Sequence record: SRR22947725_531
Direction: 5' to 3' (one strand)
DNA: 37,132 nt
In this document: piece after piece, positions 18,689-28,376 of the stretch
Layout of the letters: each line of letters begins with the position of its first letter
Position numbering within the stretch: position 1 is the first letter of the stretch
Program-made: the position numbers and the translations under genes
Notes under the pieces: generated by a model
The model's input: the letters and a program-made list of their open reading frames with translations, nothing else
Told to the model about the DNA's origin: nothing
The model's database searches: none

Positions 18689-19812
18689 GCCGATTTACTG
18701 TAAATTCTGGCAAAATTTTTGACCGAGTTGTCAAGAGAGATTTAGATACTGCTGTAGAGAGGTGTCTTGCCCTGCCCCAATCTAATCTCGTAGAGGCAAT
18801 AATAATAATGGGTTCTTATGGTCGTGGTGAAGGTACCGCCCTACAAACCAATTCAGGGTTAAAGCCGTTTAATGATTATGATTTGGTCGTCATCGGTAAA
18901 AAAATGTCTGAATTTAAACGCAAAAAATTCCAAAAAGTCCTTCAAGATCTTGAAGTGATAGTTAGCAAGGAACTCGGGATAACTGTTGATTATTTTTTAC
19001 ATACCATAAATAGCCTTAAAAGAGCAGAATTAAGCTTAATGAATTATGAAATGAAAAATGGTCATATGGTTTTGTACGGCAATGACAATATTCTTAATAT
19101 TATGCCTAACTACATAAAAGTGCCATTGATTGAAGGCACTCGACTTCTTCTAAATAGAGGCAAACTACTACTCGATATTAAAAAAACTTTGACTCTTGAA
19201 GGGCACTTCCATGAAAAAGATAATTTACTGTATAGGAAATTTTTGAATAAGACAGTTTTAGCCATTGGTGATGCAGCACTGATTGCTAAAGACTTATATG
19301 CGATTTCATATCAAATCAAAAAAACTAAGATTAATTACCTTACTGATGTACCAAATTTGGAATGGATTATAAAAGAATATAAAAATGCCATCGATTTTAA
19401 ATTTACTGGGGATACAGGCTATCTTCCCCAGAATATTGAAAAGTTTTTTTATAAATTACAAAAGGTTTTTCTAGAATTTTATTATTGGTTTGAAGGTGTT
19501 CGCCTCGGTAAAGTTATATGCTCTTCAGAAGGTCACCTCGAATGCATTGAAAATATAAAGAAGCCACTGCCTCTTTTTAATGTTATACGAAATGCAGTAA
19601 TGAATCTTAAAGAATTTGGATGGCAATTAAGGCAAACTCCTAGATGGCTACTAAAACACCCTAGAGAACGATTATTCGTTGTTTATCCCCTCTTACTCAA
19701 AACTAAGCGTTCACTTAAGGAAACAAAGCTTATTTCTCTTCTTGAAGCATGTGATGAAAAACCAGAATCAGGCATAACCAAATTTTATAACTTAAGGAAT
19801 TGTTACCTATGA
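18685..19812 (+). CDS. Pol-beta-superfamily nucleotidyltransferase-like protein
   Basis: MGSYGRGEG...NDYDLVV (GS...DxD signature) followed by a helical C-terminal region. Confidence 0.75.
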   Translation: MSRFTVNSGKIFDRVVKRDLDTAVERCLALPQSNLVEAIIIMGSYGRGEGTALQTNSGLKPFNDYDLVVIGKKMSEFKRKKFQKVLQDLEVIVSKELGITVDYFLHTINSLKRAELSLMNYEMKNGHMVLYGNDNILNIMPNYIKVPLIEGTRLLLNRGKLLLDIKKTLTLEGHFHEKDNLLYRKFLNKTVLAIGDAALIAKDLYAISYQIKKTKINYLTDVPNLEWIIKEYKNAIDFKFTGDTGYLPQNIEKFFYKLQKVFLEFYYWFEGVRLGKVICSSEGHLECIENIKKPLPLFNVIRNAVMNLKEFGWQLRQTPRWLLKHPRERLFVVYPLLLKTKRSLKETKLISLLEACDEKPESGITKFYNLRNCYL

Positions 19813-20975
19813 AAAAAGAAGAAAAACTTTCATTATTTTTATTCGTTGATGCATTCGGATGGGAAATCTTAAAGAAGAATAAAGGTTTTTTAAAAGATGA
19901 AATCGTTGATAAAAAACCTTTGAAGACCATCTTTGGTTACTCCAGTGCTTGCGATCCATCAATAATCTCAGGTAAGACACCCAATGAGCATGGACATTGG
20001 AATTCTTTCTATTATTCACCTAAAACTTGTCCTTATAAATGGCTTAAATGGCTTCGATTCCTTCCTGACTTTGTAATGAACCATCATAGAGTCAGATCAA
20101 AGCTAAGTCGCCTAATTAAAAAGATACACGGATTTACTGGCTACTTTATGCTTTATAACGTTCCTTTTAAATACCTTCCTTATTTTGATTATGCTGAAAA
20201 ATATCGAATATGGGAACCTGGCGGTCTAAATAAAGGAAGAAGTATTTTTGACGAACTTCACGAAAAACACATCAATTATCATGTTCATCAATACGGGCAA
20301 TCAGACGATAAAAAACTTGATCTATTAAAAAATAAAATATCCAATAAAAGTATAAAGTTTGCATATGTTTCTATGGGAGGTTTAGATTCACTGATGCATA
20401 AAGTAGGTACAGAGTCTGAAAAGGTCGATCAAAAAATTAATTGGTATGACAATAAATTTACTGATTTACTGAATTTGGCCAGACAAAACTATAAAGAAGT
20501 TAATTTCTATGTATTTACAGACCATGGAATGCATAATACTCATTCTTCATGTGATTTACAGCAAGAAATAAAAGATTCTGGCTTAAAGTTTGGCAGAGAC
20601 TATGTTGCTATATATGATTCTACTATGGCGCGATTTTGGTATAAAAATGAAAGTGCAAGAATTGTTTTGCGCGATCTCTTAAATAATCATAATAAAGGTC
20701 GCTTACTAAAAGAACAAGAGCTACAGAACTTTGGTGTATACTTCGAAGACCACCAATTCGGCGAAGATATATTCATGATGAATTCAGGTGTACAAATCTG
20801 TCCAAGCTTTATGGGCAAAAACTTTACCCCTGGCCTCCACGGCTATCACCCAAATGATGCGGATTCATATGCACAAATTTGTGGTAATAAAGAATTACCT
20901 GAAGATATGGAGTCAATTAAAGATATTTACCATGTCATGACCAATGAAATGAATTGGTTATTGAAAAGTGCATAA
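19809..20975 (+). CDS. Alkaline phosphatase superfamily protein (type I phosphodiesterase / nucleotide pyrophosphatase-like)
   Basis: FVDAFG, GYSS...SIISG..P.EHG, LD.LMH..G, TDHGM, GLHGYHP; ATG 19809 overlaps the upstream TGA. Confidence 0.85.
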   Translation: MKKEEKLSLFLFVDAFGWEILKKNKGFLKDEIVDKKPLKTIFGYSSACDPSIISGKTPNEHGHWNSFYYSPKTCPYKWLKWLRFLPDFVMNHHRVRSKLSRLIKKIHGFTGYFMLYNVPFKYLPYFDYAEKYRIWEPGGLNKGRSIFDELHEKHINYHVHQYGQSDDKKLDLLKNKISNKSIKFAYVSMGGLDSLMHKVGTESEKVDQKINWYDNKFTDLLNLARQNYKEVNFYVFTDHGMHNTHSSCDLQQEIKDSGLKFGRDYVAIYDSTMARFWYKNESARIVLRDLLNNHNKGRLLKEQELQNFGVYFEDHQFGEDIFMMNSGVQICPSFMGKNFTPGLHGYHPNDADSYAQICGNKELPEDMESIKDIYHVMTNEMNWLLKSA

Positions 20976-22482
20976 AAAAGTCACATTCAGCCAGGAGGCA
21001 ATAAGCTCTGTCCCCTGGCTAGTAATAGGCAAAATACTAAGTTTTGTTATATATTTCATTATATCAATACTTATCGTAAAATGCTTAAGTGCAGAAGATT
21101 ATGGCATATTCGTCATGGGTAAAAGCCTGGGTAATTACTTAGTTATACTATGTGCTCTTGGCCTCAACACTTGCCTTTTAAGGTATATTCCTGAACTAGT
21201 AGTAAAGAATGAATTTAAATCCATAAAAAGAATAATATCATCCTGCCTAAAACTGCAAGTGGCAATGTTATTTGTATGTGGGGTAGCTTTTTGGCTTTTT
21301 AGAGGTGAATTACAAAAGTATGCGACTTCATCTTTAATGATTTTAGTTATTACTCTCTGGATGGGGGGTATCTTGTGGAAGAACTTGTTAAATGATTGTT
21401 TAACGGCCCTGTTTAAGTCTAAAGCTGTAGCAATTGTGTCAGTCACTCAATCATTAATCTGGATAGCTTTACTCTATACAGCATTCATAACTCAAAGCTC
21501 CATTGAGATAATTTTTATAATAGAAATAATTTCTAATATTGCCGTCTCATTAGGGGCTATGTTTTACCTGAATCATAAAATCAGTACAAATAAAGAGACA
21601 AATTCTTCTTCTGAAGATGGTATTGATAAAAAACGCTTTACTAAACTAGCAGCACCTGTGCTTTGTAATGGTCTCTTGAGATCCTTAATGCTGCAATATA
21701 CAGAAGTATTTTTTCTAGGGCTCTACTTCGCTCCTGCTCTAGCAGGTTTTTATGAGTTAGGCTACAGCACACCTTTACTAGCTATAACCTTTATACCAAT
21801 GGCTGTACAAACACTATTTTCATCAGCATTTGCAGAAGCCTATACCAGAGACAACGATTTATTAAGTGAAATGGTACAAAAAACATATAAAATGTTAATT
21901 CTTTTAGCAGTACCTCTTTCATGCCTTGGGTTCACCTATTCTGAAGAGCTAATAGTCATTATTTATGGAAAAGAAATGGCGCAAGCTGGTCCTGTTGCCA
22001 AATACTTCAGTCTGATTCATTTATTCCCATTAATCAGCGTTCCGCTATCCATGGCAGTCACTACATTAGAGAAGAATTCAAAAACCCTTTGGTTACTATT
22101 CATGCAAGTAGCAGTTAATATAACATTAGATATAATTCTGATTCCAAAATACGGGCTTTATGGAGCTGTAAGTGCAATTGGTCTAACATTTATTTTAACT
22201 ATACCAATTAGGCTTTACGTTATTTACAAATTGATAGGCGGGATTTGGTTTCCGATAAGTTTTTTCACAAAATATACAGTCCTAAGTATTTCGGCACTTT
22301 TTATATGCACTCAAATTATCTCATTAACTGGTATTGTAGGCATCCTAATTAGCTCAATAATATTTTCAATTTTATTGTTTACATTGTCTTATAGTATGGG
22401 TCTTATACCAGACTATCATAAAGATCTGATGAAGAAATATATCATGAGAAAAGTACCAAAATCACAAGCCATCTTAAAGTAA
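20968..22482 (+). CDS. Polysaccharide flippase (Wzx, MOP/MATE superfamily)
   Basis: Highly hydrophobic multi-TM protein; L.AEDYG, LGL....RYI, AGFY.LG, N..L...LIP.YG..GA. Confidence 0.9.
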   Translation: MHKKVTFSQEAISSVPWLVIGKILSFVIYFIISILIVKCLSAEDYGIFVMGKSLGNYLVILCALGLNTCLLRYIPELVVKNEFKSIKRIISSCLKLQVAMLFVCGVAFWLFRGELQKYATSSLMILVITLWMGGILWKNLLNDCLTALFKSKAVAIVSVTQSLIWIALLYTAFITQSSIEIIFIIEIISNIAVSLGAMFYLNHKISTNKETNSSSEDGIDKKRFTKLAAPVLCNGLLRSLMLQYTEVFFLGLYFAPALAGFYELGYSTPLLAITFIPMAVQTLFSSAFAEAYTRDNDLLSEMVQKTYKMLILLAVPLSCLGFTYSEELIVIIYGKEMAQAGPVAKYFSLIHLFPLISVPLSMAVTTLEKNSKTLWLLFMQVAVNITLDIILIPKYGLYGAVSAIGLTFILTIPIRLYVIYKLIGGIWFPISFFTKYTVLSISALFICTQIISLTGIVGILISSIIFSILLFTLSYSMGLIPDYHKDLMKKYIMRKVPKSQAILK

Positions 22483-22529
22483 TCTAAATAGACTAGAAGT
22501 CTCTAAATATCATTCACAATAAGCCCTTT

Positions 22530-22561
22530 AAAAAGCTAAGCTAACACAGCTTAGCTTTTTT
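22530..22561 (+). terminator. Intrinsic (bidirectional-type) terminator after the flippase operon
   Basis: AAAAAGCTAAGCT-AACAC-AGCTTAGCTTTTTT. Confidence 0.85.
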
Positions 22562-22750
22562 AATTCTCCCGCCAAAAAGGATGTAACCAATGTCGCATAT
22601 TATGGCATCCCCCTTCTCACCCATTTATGGTAAATATTGAATTTTTAAATTTACATAAATAGCTAATTAGTAATATATTATAAATATATAATGCAACAAA
22701 GAACGCCTCCTGCTTTATCACGTGTAGAATTACTATAAAAGGACACAAAC

Positions 22751-23857
22751 ATGAACAACTACACGAATATTATGGGAATACCGGTATCTACACTTGAAAG
22801 GACAGATACAGCTAAACAAATTTTTAACTTGGTTGATGAATATACCAAAGACAAAAAAAGTAAGTACATTGCAACCCTCAATATGGACTTCCTGTCAAAT
22901 TGTTTCCATAAGATGAGTTTATCTGTAAAAAACACTAAGCTTTATAGCATAATACAAAATGCTGATTTAATCACTGCTGATGGTATGCCAATTGTCCTGA
23001 TGGGTAAAATACAAAATAATAACATAAATCAAAGAGTGACTGGTGCTGATCTAATATATGATCTAACTGATATGGCAGCCCAAAAAAATAAGTCCGTTTA
23101 CTTCCTTGCTCAATCAGATGACTTGTGTGAGGCTGCGTCTAAAGTTTTCAAACAAAAATACCCTAACCTGAAAATTGCCGGTTGGGATTCTCCAATGGTT
23201 GATTTTGAAGGGAAAATAGTAGGAGATGAAGAAGAGAAAAGAGTGCTACAACGCATCAATGAATCCGGAGCTGATATCCTATATCTAGGATTAGGTAATC
23301 CAAAACAAGAATTATGGTATGGCCAATACAAAGATAAAATAAATATCCCCGTAAGTATTGGTATAGGAGGTAGTTTAAATTTTGTTACCGGACGTGTTCC
23401 TCGAGCACCCAAAATCATGCAAAAGGTTGGTCTAGAATGTATATTCAGGTTACTAAGTGAACCTAAGAGACTATGGAAAAGATATACATCTCAACTCTTA
23501 TTACTTTTTTCAATAATCTTTCATGGAAGACTCGGAATTTTTAATTATGTCTGTGAAAAGTTAGGTCTTTACAAAGAGATTAATTTACCAATCAAATATA
23601 TAAATGGTGAAATACTGTTTCCTAAAAAGATTACCGCAAAATCAGTCGAAGTACTTTCTTCTTTACTGAAAGATAAGAATATAACCAGTATGAATTTCAG
23701 GAAAGTTGATACTATAAATAGAGGTGCCGTAGGCGATATGATATATGTAATGAATAAACTTAGTAATGAGTCGAAAGTTACAGGGGTTTCGAAGAAGGTT
23801 CAGAGAGACTTGAGAATATACTTTGCCGATAACATTCTCAGAAAACAAGCTGCATAG
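22751..23857 (+). CDS. WecB/TagA/CpsF family glycosyltransferase (GT26) with C-terminal STAS-like extension
   Basis: TLNMD, ADGMP, RVTGADL, GLGNPKQE.W, GIGGSL.F..G...RAP, GLE..FRL..EP.RLWKRY; extra C-terminal region of about 110 aa. Confidence 0.92.
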   Translation: MNNYTNIMGIPVSTLERTDTAKQIFNLVDEYTKDKKSKYIATLNMDFLSNCFHKMSLSVKNTKLYSIIQNADLITADGMPIVLMGKIQNNNINQRVTGADLIYDLTDMAAQKNKSVYFLAQSDDLCEAASKVFKQKYPNLKIAGWDSPMVDFEGKIVGDEEEKRVLQRINESGADILYLGLGNPKQELWYGQYKDKINIPVSIGIGGSLNFVTGRVPRAPKIMQKVGLECIFRLLSEPKRLWKRYTSQLLLLFSIIFHGRLGIFNYVCEKLGLYKEINLPIKYINGEILFPKKITAKSVEVLSSLLKDKNITSMNFRKVDTINRGAVGDMIYVMNKLSNESKVTGVSKKVQRDLRIYFADNILRKQAA

Positions 23858-23895
23858 TTTTCTAAACTTATCTTAAGCTAAAAAATACTTTCAGT

Positions 23896-23936
23896 TGAGG
23901 GATAATCTTTCACAGGATTATCCCTCATTTCTTTTT
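23896..23936 (+). terminator. Rho-independent terminator
   Basis: TGAGGGATAATC-N8-GATTATCCCTCA-TTTCTTTTT. Confidence 0.85.
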
Positions 23937-24140
23937 ACCTGAAAAAGGCTTCACTAAGAATTCTTACATTTAAATGAATTGAGTAAATCAAAAATATCCC
24001 CAATTCCTCACAAACTAAGAATCATAGAAAATTCTGTGTATATATACACACTTTCACAAACCCCGCACGAGCATAAATACACTCATTTAAAATACACAAA
24101 GTACTTACTATATGGTACTTACATAAAACATAATATCATT

Positions 24141-24156
24141 TGGCGTTAAGATGGCT
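24141..24156 (+). promoter_or_regulatory. Sigma-54 -24/-12 promoter of the wzc-wza-wza operon
   Basis: TGGCGTTAAGATGGCT with canonical GG/GC spacing. Confidence 0.65.
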
Positions 24157-24185
24157 AATACCCTATGAAAATAATTGGTACTATA

Positions 24186-26378
24186 ATGGAATTCAGAAAA
24201 CAAAATAACAATAAGCAAACTAAAGCTACTAGCTCAAAGAAGTTAAGTATTAAAAAAATGCTTGACAAGATTCAGCTAGAAGATGAATTCATTGAAAAAG
24301 AATTCTCTAGAATTGCTTCTGCAACACCAATTCCAATGCCTGAATTCACCTACAGCCAAAAATCATGCGATGCAAAATCAATCCTAACCCAAACGAAATC
24401 AACTGATTATGACTTTAAAACAAGTATAAAAGGTTTTAATAAAAAAGATTTCCTTTCAAATTTTGATTGGTCGAAGATCATAATAAACATTAAATTCAAA
24501 ATCCTATTATTTGCGATTGTTGCAGTTCTTAGCAGTTCAGCCGCAGCATATTATGCATTTCTACAATGGGATTCAAAAATACGTTACTCCTCAACAAGTC
24601 GCTTAATGTACAAAACGGTTAAAGACAAAAGCCGTCAGGTCCTAGGTAAAGCAACTTCCATAAAGATGATTGGTTCAAAAAGTAACCTAAGAAAGGTATT
24701 GGAAGATAAACCTGACTATGACTACAGCATTGGTCAATTGTCACATCAACTGAAAGTAAGCATTGATAGTAAAACTGGCATTGTAACTATTAATGTTAAT
24801 GATGCTGATAAAAATAAAGCTGTAGAATTTGCAAACAGTATTGCTGAAATCGCACTTATTGAAAATAAGAATTACTATAGGGCCGCATTTCATTCAAAGT
24901 ACCAAAACTTAATGAAGCAAATAGCATTAGCTGAAAAGTATCTTAATGCTCAGGAACGAAGAGTCGTCGACTTTATGAGTCAAAGTGGAATGATTAATAG
25001 TAAAGAATCATTCAGAGTATACTTCGAAGGTTTGAACATTCAGGAGAGGTCTTTCCTAAACGCTCAAATAAACTTAGAGCAGTATTTAATTGAACTTAAA
25101 GTTCTCGAAGATGAATATTCAATAATGCCTAATGAAGTCATAAGGAACTCTTATGAGGATAACCCAGTTAAAGCTCGCTTAACTAATACAAAACTAGCAT
25201 TACTTGATGCACAAATTACTTACGGAGAAGATAATCCAAATGTAAGTAGTATTCAAGATACAATAAAAAGGCTCCAGGATCAGTTAGCCACACAAGATGT
25301 AAAGTCAACTCTTCAAAAAGTATATATGCCTAACTTAGCGAAAGAGAGGCTCAAAATGGAGATCGAAAAGAAGAAAGGTCAGATAAAAGCGCAAAGAACT
25401 AGATTGCAAACGCTAAAAAGTGACATTACAGAAAGACAGCTTGACTTAGGTAAAATCCCTCAAAAACAATTGACATTAGAAGCTCAGCTAAGAAAAAAGC
25501 AAGCTTATGAAGATTTACTGAATAATCTTCGTCGAAAAGTTAATGATGTTGAAATCTCCATGAAAAGTGAGACAACTGATTTGGCTTTTTATGAACAAGC
25601 GACCAATGCATCGACAATTAAACCAACAAAATATCTAGCATTACCTGTAGGAGCATTAGTATTCACTTCTTTAATTGGTTTCTTTTTTATCAGCTTTAGT
25701 GAAATTCTCGATAAGAAAATCTATACAAGAAAACAACTTTCAATAAATTTTGATACACCTTGTGTCGCTACTGTTCAAAAAGATAAACAAGATGGTCTTT
25801 ATATCCTTAGAGATATTGCTTCATTTATTAAAAGTGAACAAAAAGCAGTCATCAAAACGCTAGCCTTTACAAGTTCCTGTAAAAAGGAAGGTAAATCTAC
25901 TTTCGCTCATAAAATGGCAAAATATTACCATAACCTGGGCTTAAACATCTTATACCTTAACCTCGATCATACTGATCTCTCTGCATGTGAGATCCCTCAA
26001 GATAAATTACTCAATAACTACATAGAGTCAGACTTAAGTTATGAAAGCTTTTTAATAAATGGCTCTACTCCTGAATTGAACTGCATATTCAATAATGATT
26101 TAATCGAATCTTTTAAAACTCGCCGTTTTGAAGGTTTATGGGTAAGCCTTAAAACTGACTATGAATTAATAATCATTGATCTACCTGCCGTTTTAGAAAG
26201 CAGCCTAACTTTAGATTTGTTAGAGAAAATCGACTTCAATTTATTAGTCATTGACTCGGAAAACACAAACACCGATAAACTTAAAAAAACTTTCCAGACA
26301 TTAGAAAACCGTACCCTTCAGCCACATGGCCTGATACTCAATAAAATCACCCCTAAATTTATGAAGATTAACTTATGA
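24186..26378 (+). CDS. Polysaccharide co-polymerase (Wzc/GumC-like) with C-terminal BY-kinase-like ATPase domain
   Basis: Two TM segments flanking a coiled-coil periplasmic region with YG..NP.V; TSS...EGKST (Walker A), IIIDLP; start placed at ATG 24186, downstream of the sigma-54 site (track start 24165). Confidence 0.88.
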   Translation: MEFRKQNNNKQTKATSSKKLSIKKMLDKIQLEDEFIEKEFSRIASATPIPMPEFTYSQKSCDAKSILTQTKSTDYDFKTSIKGFNKKDFLSNFDWSKIIINIKFKILLFAIVAVLSSSAAAYYAFLQWDSKIRYSSTSRLMYKTVKDKSRQVLGKATSIKMIGSKSNLRKVLEDKPDYDYSIGQLSHQLKVSIDSKTGIVTINVNDADKNKAVEFANSIAEIALIENKNYYRAAFHSKYQNLMKQIALAEKYLNAQERRVVDFMSQSGMINSKESFRVYFEGLNIQERSFLNAQINLEQYLIELKVLEDEYSIMPNEVIRNSYEDNPVKARLTNTKLALLDAQITYGEDNPNVSSIQDTIKRLQDQLATQDVKSTLQKVYMPNLAKERLKMEIEKKKGQIKAQRTRLQTLKSDITERQLDLGKIPQKQLTLEAQLRKKQAYEDLLNNLRRKVNDVEISMKSETTDLAFYEQATNASTIKPTKYLALPVGALVFTSLIGFFFISFSEILDKKIYTRKQLSINFDTPCVATVQKDKQDGLYILRDIASFIKSEQKAVIKTLAFTSSCKKEGKSTFAHKMAKYYHNLGLNILYLNLDHTDLSACEIPQDKLLNNYIESDLSYESFLINGSTPELNCIFNNDLIESFKTRRFEGLWVSLKTDYELIIIDLPAVLESSLTLDLLEKIDFNLLVIDSENTNTDKLKKTFQTLENRTLQPHGLILNKITPKFMKINL

Positions 26379-27400
26379 AAAATTTACTAATCGTAATAAT
26401 TATAGCTTTCTGTTCATGCTCTTCGCATGAACCGCCAATACTCGTAGGTAATAGAACTGAAATACCACAGCAAGAACTGGAGTCCAAAAAAGATCCTTTA
26501 GCAGCTGAGCTTTTTATACCTTTTAAAAAGAATCAGAGCCCTATAGAAATTGGTGATGAATTAGAGATCTCAGTCTTCGGCCAAGACTCTACTGAAGCTA
26601 GAGTAAAAGTAGCACCAGATGGCTACCTATATTACTTATTTGGAATAAAGGTTAAAGCTGTTGATAGATTTATTGAAGATATAGCTGAGGACATCAGGCT
26701 AAGCCTAGGGCAAATGTTCAATAATCCAGAAGTTTCAGTCCTGCCTATTCTAGTAAGAAATAATGAATTTTCATTAATTGGAAAAATAAGATCTCCTGGG
26801 CAATATAAGCTGACAACATCGCTAACCCTAAGACAAGCCATCACGCAAGCAGGCGGACTAAGAGATGGCGTATTTAGAGGAACTACTGTTAAAATCGCTT
26901 CTTTGAAAAAATCATTTATCATCAGAGACAATGAAAGAATCCCCGTTGACTTTCATGCTTTACTTCAAGATGGTGATACTAGCCAAAATATTTTCGTACA
27001 CCCTGGTGATTATATTTATATAGCTTCAGGTCTTGCACAAGAGGTTTACATACTTGGAGCTGTAACTGACGCACATCCTGCAGCTTATAATGATAATATG
27101 ACAATCGTAAGCTTACTTACTGAGCACGGAAGAGGCTTCACTAAAGATGCCTATATTAAACAGATTGTCGTTTTAAGAGGGGATCTCGAAAAGCCTCAGG
27201 CCTACCAGTTGAACCTTGAAGATATTTTAGAAGGTAAAAGCCATGACATCTACCTTCAGCCTGGTGACATAGTTTATATACCTACAAAGCCTTACAAGTT
27301 TGCCACTGAATTATTCAGGATGGCAATGCATGTCTTTGCTGCCACAATCGGTGGTAAAGCTGGTGACCGTATAGCTGACGAAATGTTTCCAAGGGAGTAA
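26375..27400 (+). CDS. Polysaccharide export protein (Wza/OPX family), lipoprotein
   Basis: Lipobox-like FCSC; IGDEL.ISV, V.PDG; SLBB repeats (G.I..PG.Y, PGD.(I/V)YI). Confidence 0.9.
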   Translation: MKNLLIVIIIAFCSCSSHEPPILVGNRTEIPQQELESKKDPLAAELFIPFKKNQSPIEIGDELEISVFGQDSTEARVKVAPDGYLYYLFGIKVKAVDRFIEDIAEDIRLSLGQMFNNPEVSVLPILVRNNEFSLIGKIRSPGQYKLTTSLTLRQAITQAGGLRDGVFRGTTVKIASLKKSFIIRDNERIPVDFHALLQDGDTSQNIFVHPGDYIYIASGLAQEVYILGAVTDAHPAAYNDNMTIVSLLTEHGRGFTKDAYIKQIVVLRGDLEKPQAYQLNLEDILEGKSHDIYLQPGDIVYIPTKPYKFATELFRMAMHVFAATIGGKAGDRIADEMFPRE

Positions 27401-27403
27401 ATT

Positions 27404-28360
27404 ATGTCCAAACTAATAGTCATTTTATTAATTTTTAGCATCAACTTGATTGCGAATGAAACAAAGCAAGTAAATCAAGAGTATCGCCTTAATAATGGCG
27501 ATGTGCTAGATATCAGCATTTATGGAGTTGTGAGAGCTAAAAAAAGAGTTGTTATCGACTCTAGAGGGTATGTAACATTCTTATTAACTGGTGCTGTTAA
27601 AGCAACGGGAAAAACTATTAGTGAACTAAGAAACCAACTTCATGAGACCATAACAAAAAAGAGAAAACATGTCGTTGTCAGTGTTACTCCTGTTGCCTTC
27701 AACAGTCAAAGTTACACAATAAACGGTCAAATAAAATTCCCAGGAAAAAAGCCTCTGGATGGGAACACTACACTCCTAGAAGCCATAGCCTTATCTGGTG
27801 GCTTTCAAGCTGGTGAGTTCCGCAATTCAACAGTAGATTTAGCTGACCTTGCTCATGCTTTTGTCGTAAGAGATAATGATAAACTTGATGTTAATTTTCA
27901 GGATCTAATTTTAAAAGGAAATACATCATTAGACATAGAGCTTAAAAATGGCGATTATATTTTTATACCAAGTGCATTAACTCAGCATGTTCACATTTTA
28001 GGAAGAGTTAAATTCCCAAGAAAAATACTCTATCTGAATAGTGTCACTCTAATTCAAGCATTGACTGAAGCACGGGGTCGTATGGTAGATGCATCTAACC
28101 ACGCAGCTATAATCAGAGGCTCCCTTTCTGAACCAAAGCAGATTATCGTTAATATAAACGACATACTAGCCGGTAAAGCACCAGACGTTTTACTTAAGCC
28201 GAACGACATCGTCTATATCCCAGAAGACGGAAGCCAAGAATTTACCGAATTAGGAAAAACAGCTATTAGAGCATTTGTTAGGACTGTGGCATCTCGTGCA
28301 GCCGACAATAGTGCTGAATTTATTATCCCAGAAAAAAGAATTGAATCAGACGTAAAATAA
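27404..28360 (+). CDS. Second polysaccharide export protein (Wza/OPX family)
   Basis: YRL..GDVL.ISI, ID.RG.V, G.T..EL; SLBB repeats; signal peptide without Cys. Confidence 0.9.
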   Translation: MSKLIVILLIFSINLIANETKQVNQEYRLNNGDVLDISIYGVVRAKKRVVIDSRGYVTFLLTGAVKATGKTISELRNQLHETITKKRKHVVVSVTPVAFNSQSYTINGQIKFPGKKPLDGNTTLLEAIALSGGFQAGEFRNSTVDLADLAHAFVVRDNDKLDVNFQDLILKGNTSLDIELKNGDYIFIPSALTQHVHILGRVKFPRKILYLNSVTLIQALTEARGRMVDASNHAAIIRGSLSEPKQIIVNINDILAGKAPDVLLKPNDIVYIPEDGSQEFTELGKTAIRAFVRTVASRAADNSAEFIIPEKRIESDVK

Positions 28361-28376
28361 AGAGAGGTATACGAAG

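Noticed and set aside
18685-20975. NTase + phosphodiesterase as a CBASS or toxin-antitoxin defence module
   Set aside because: No CBASS effector or HEPN partner; genes are translationally coupled to a GT2 and flippase
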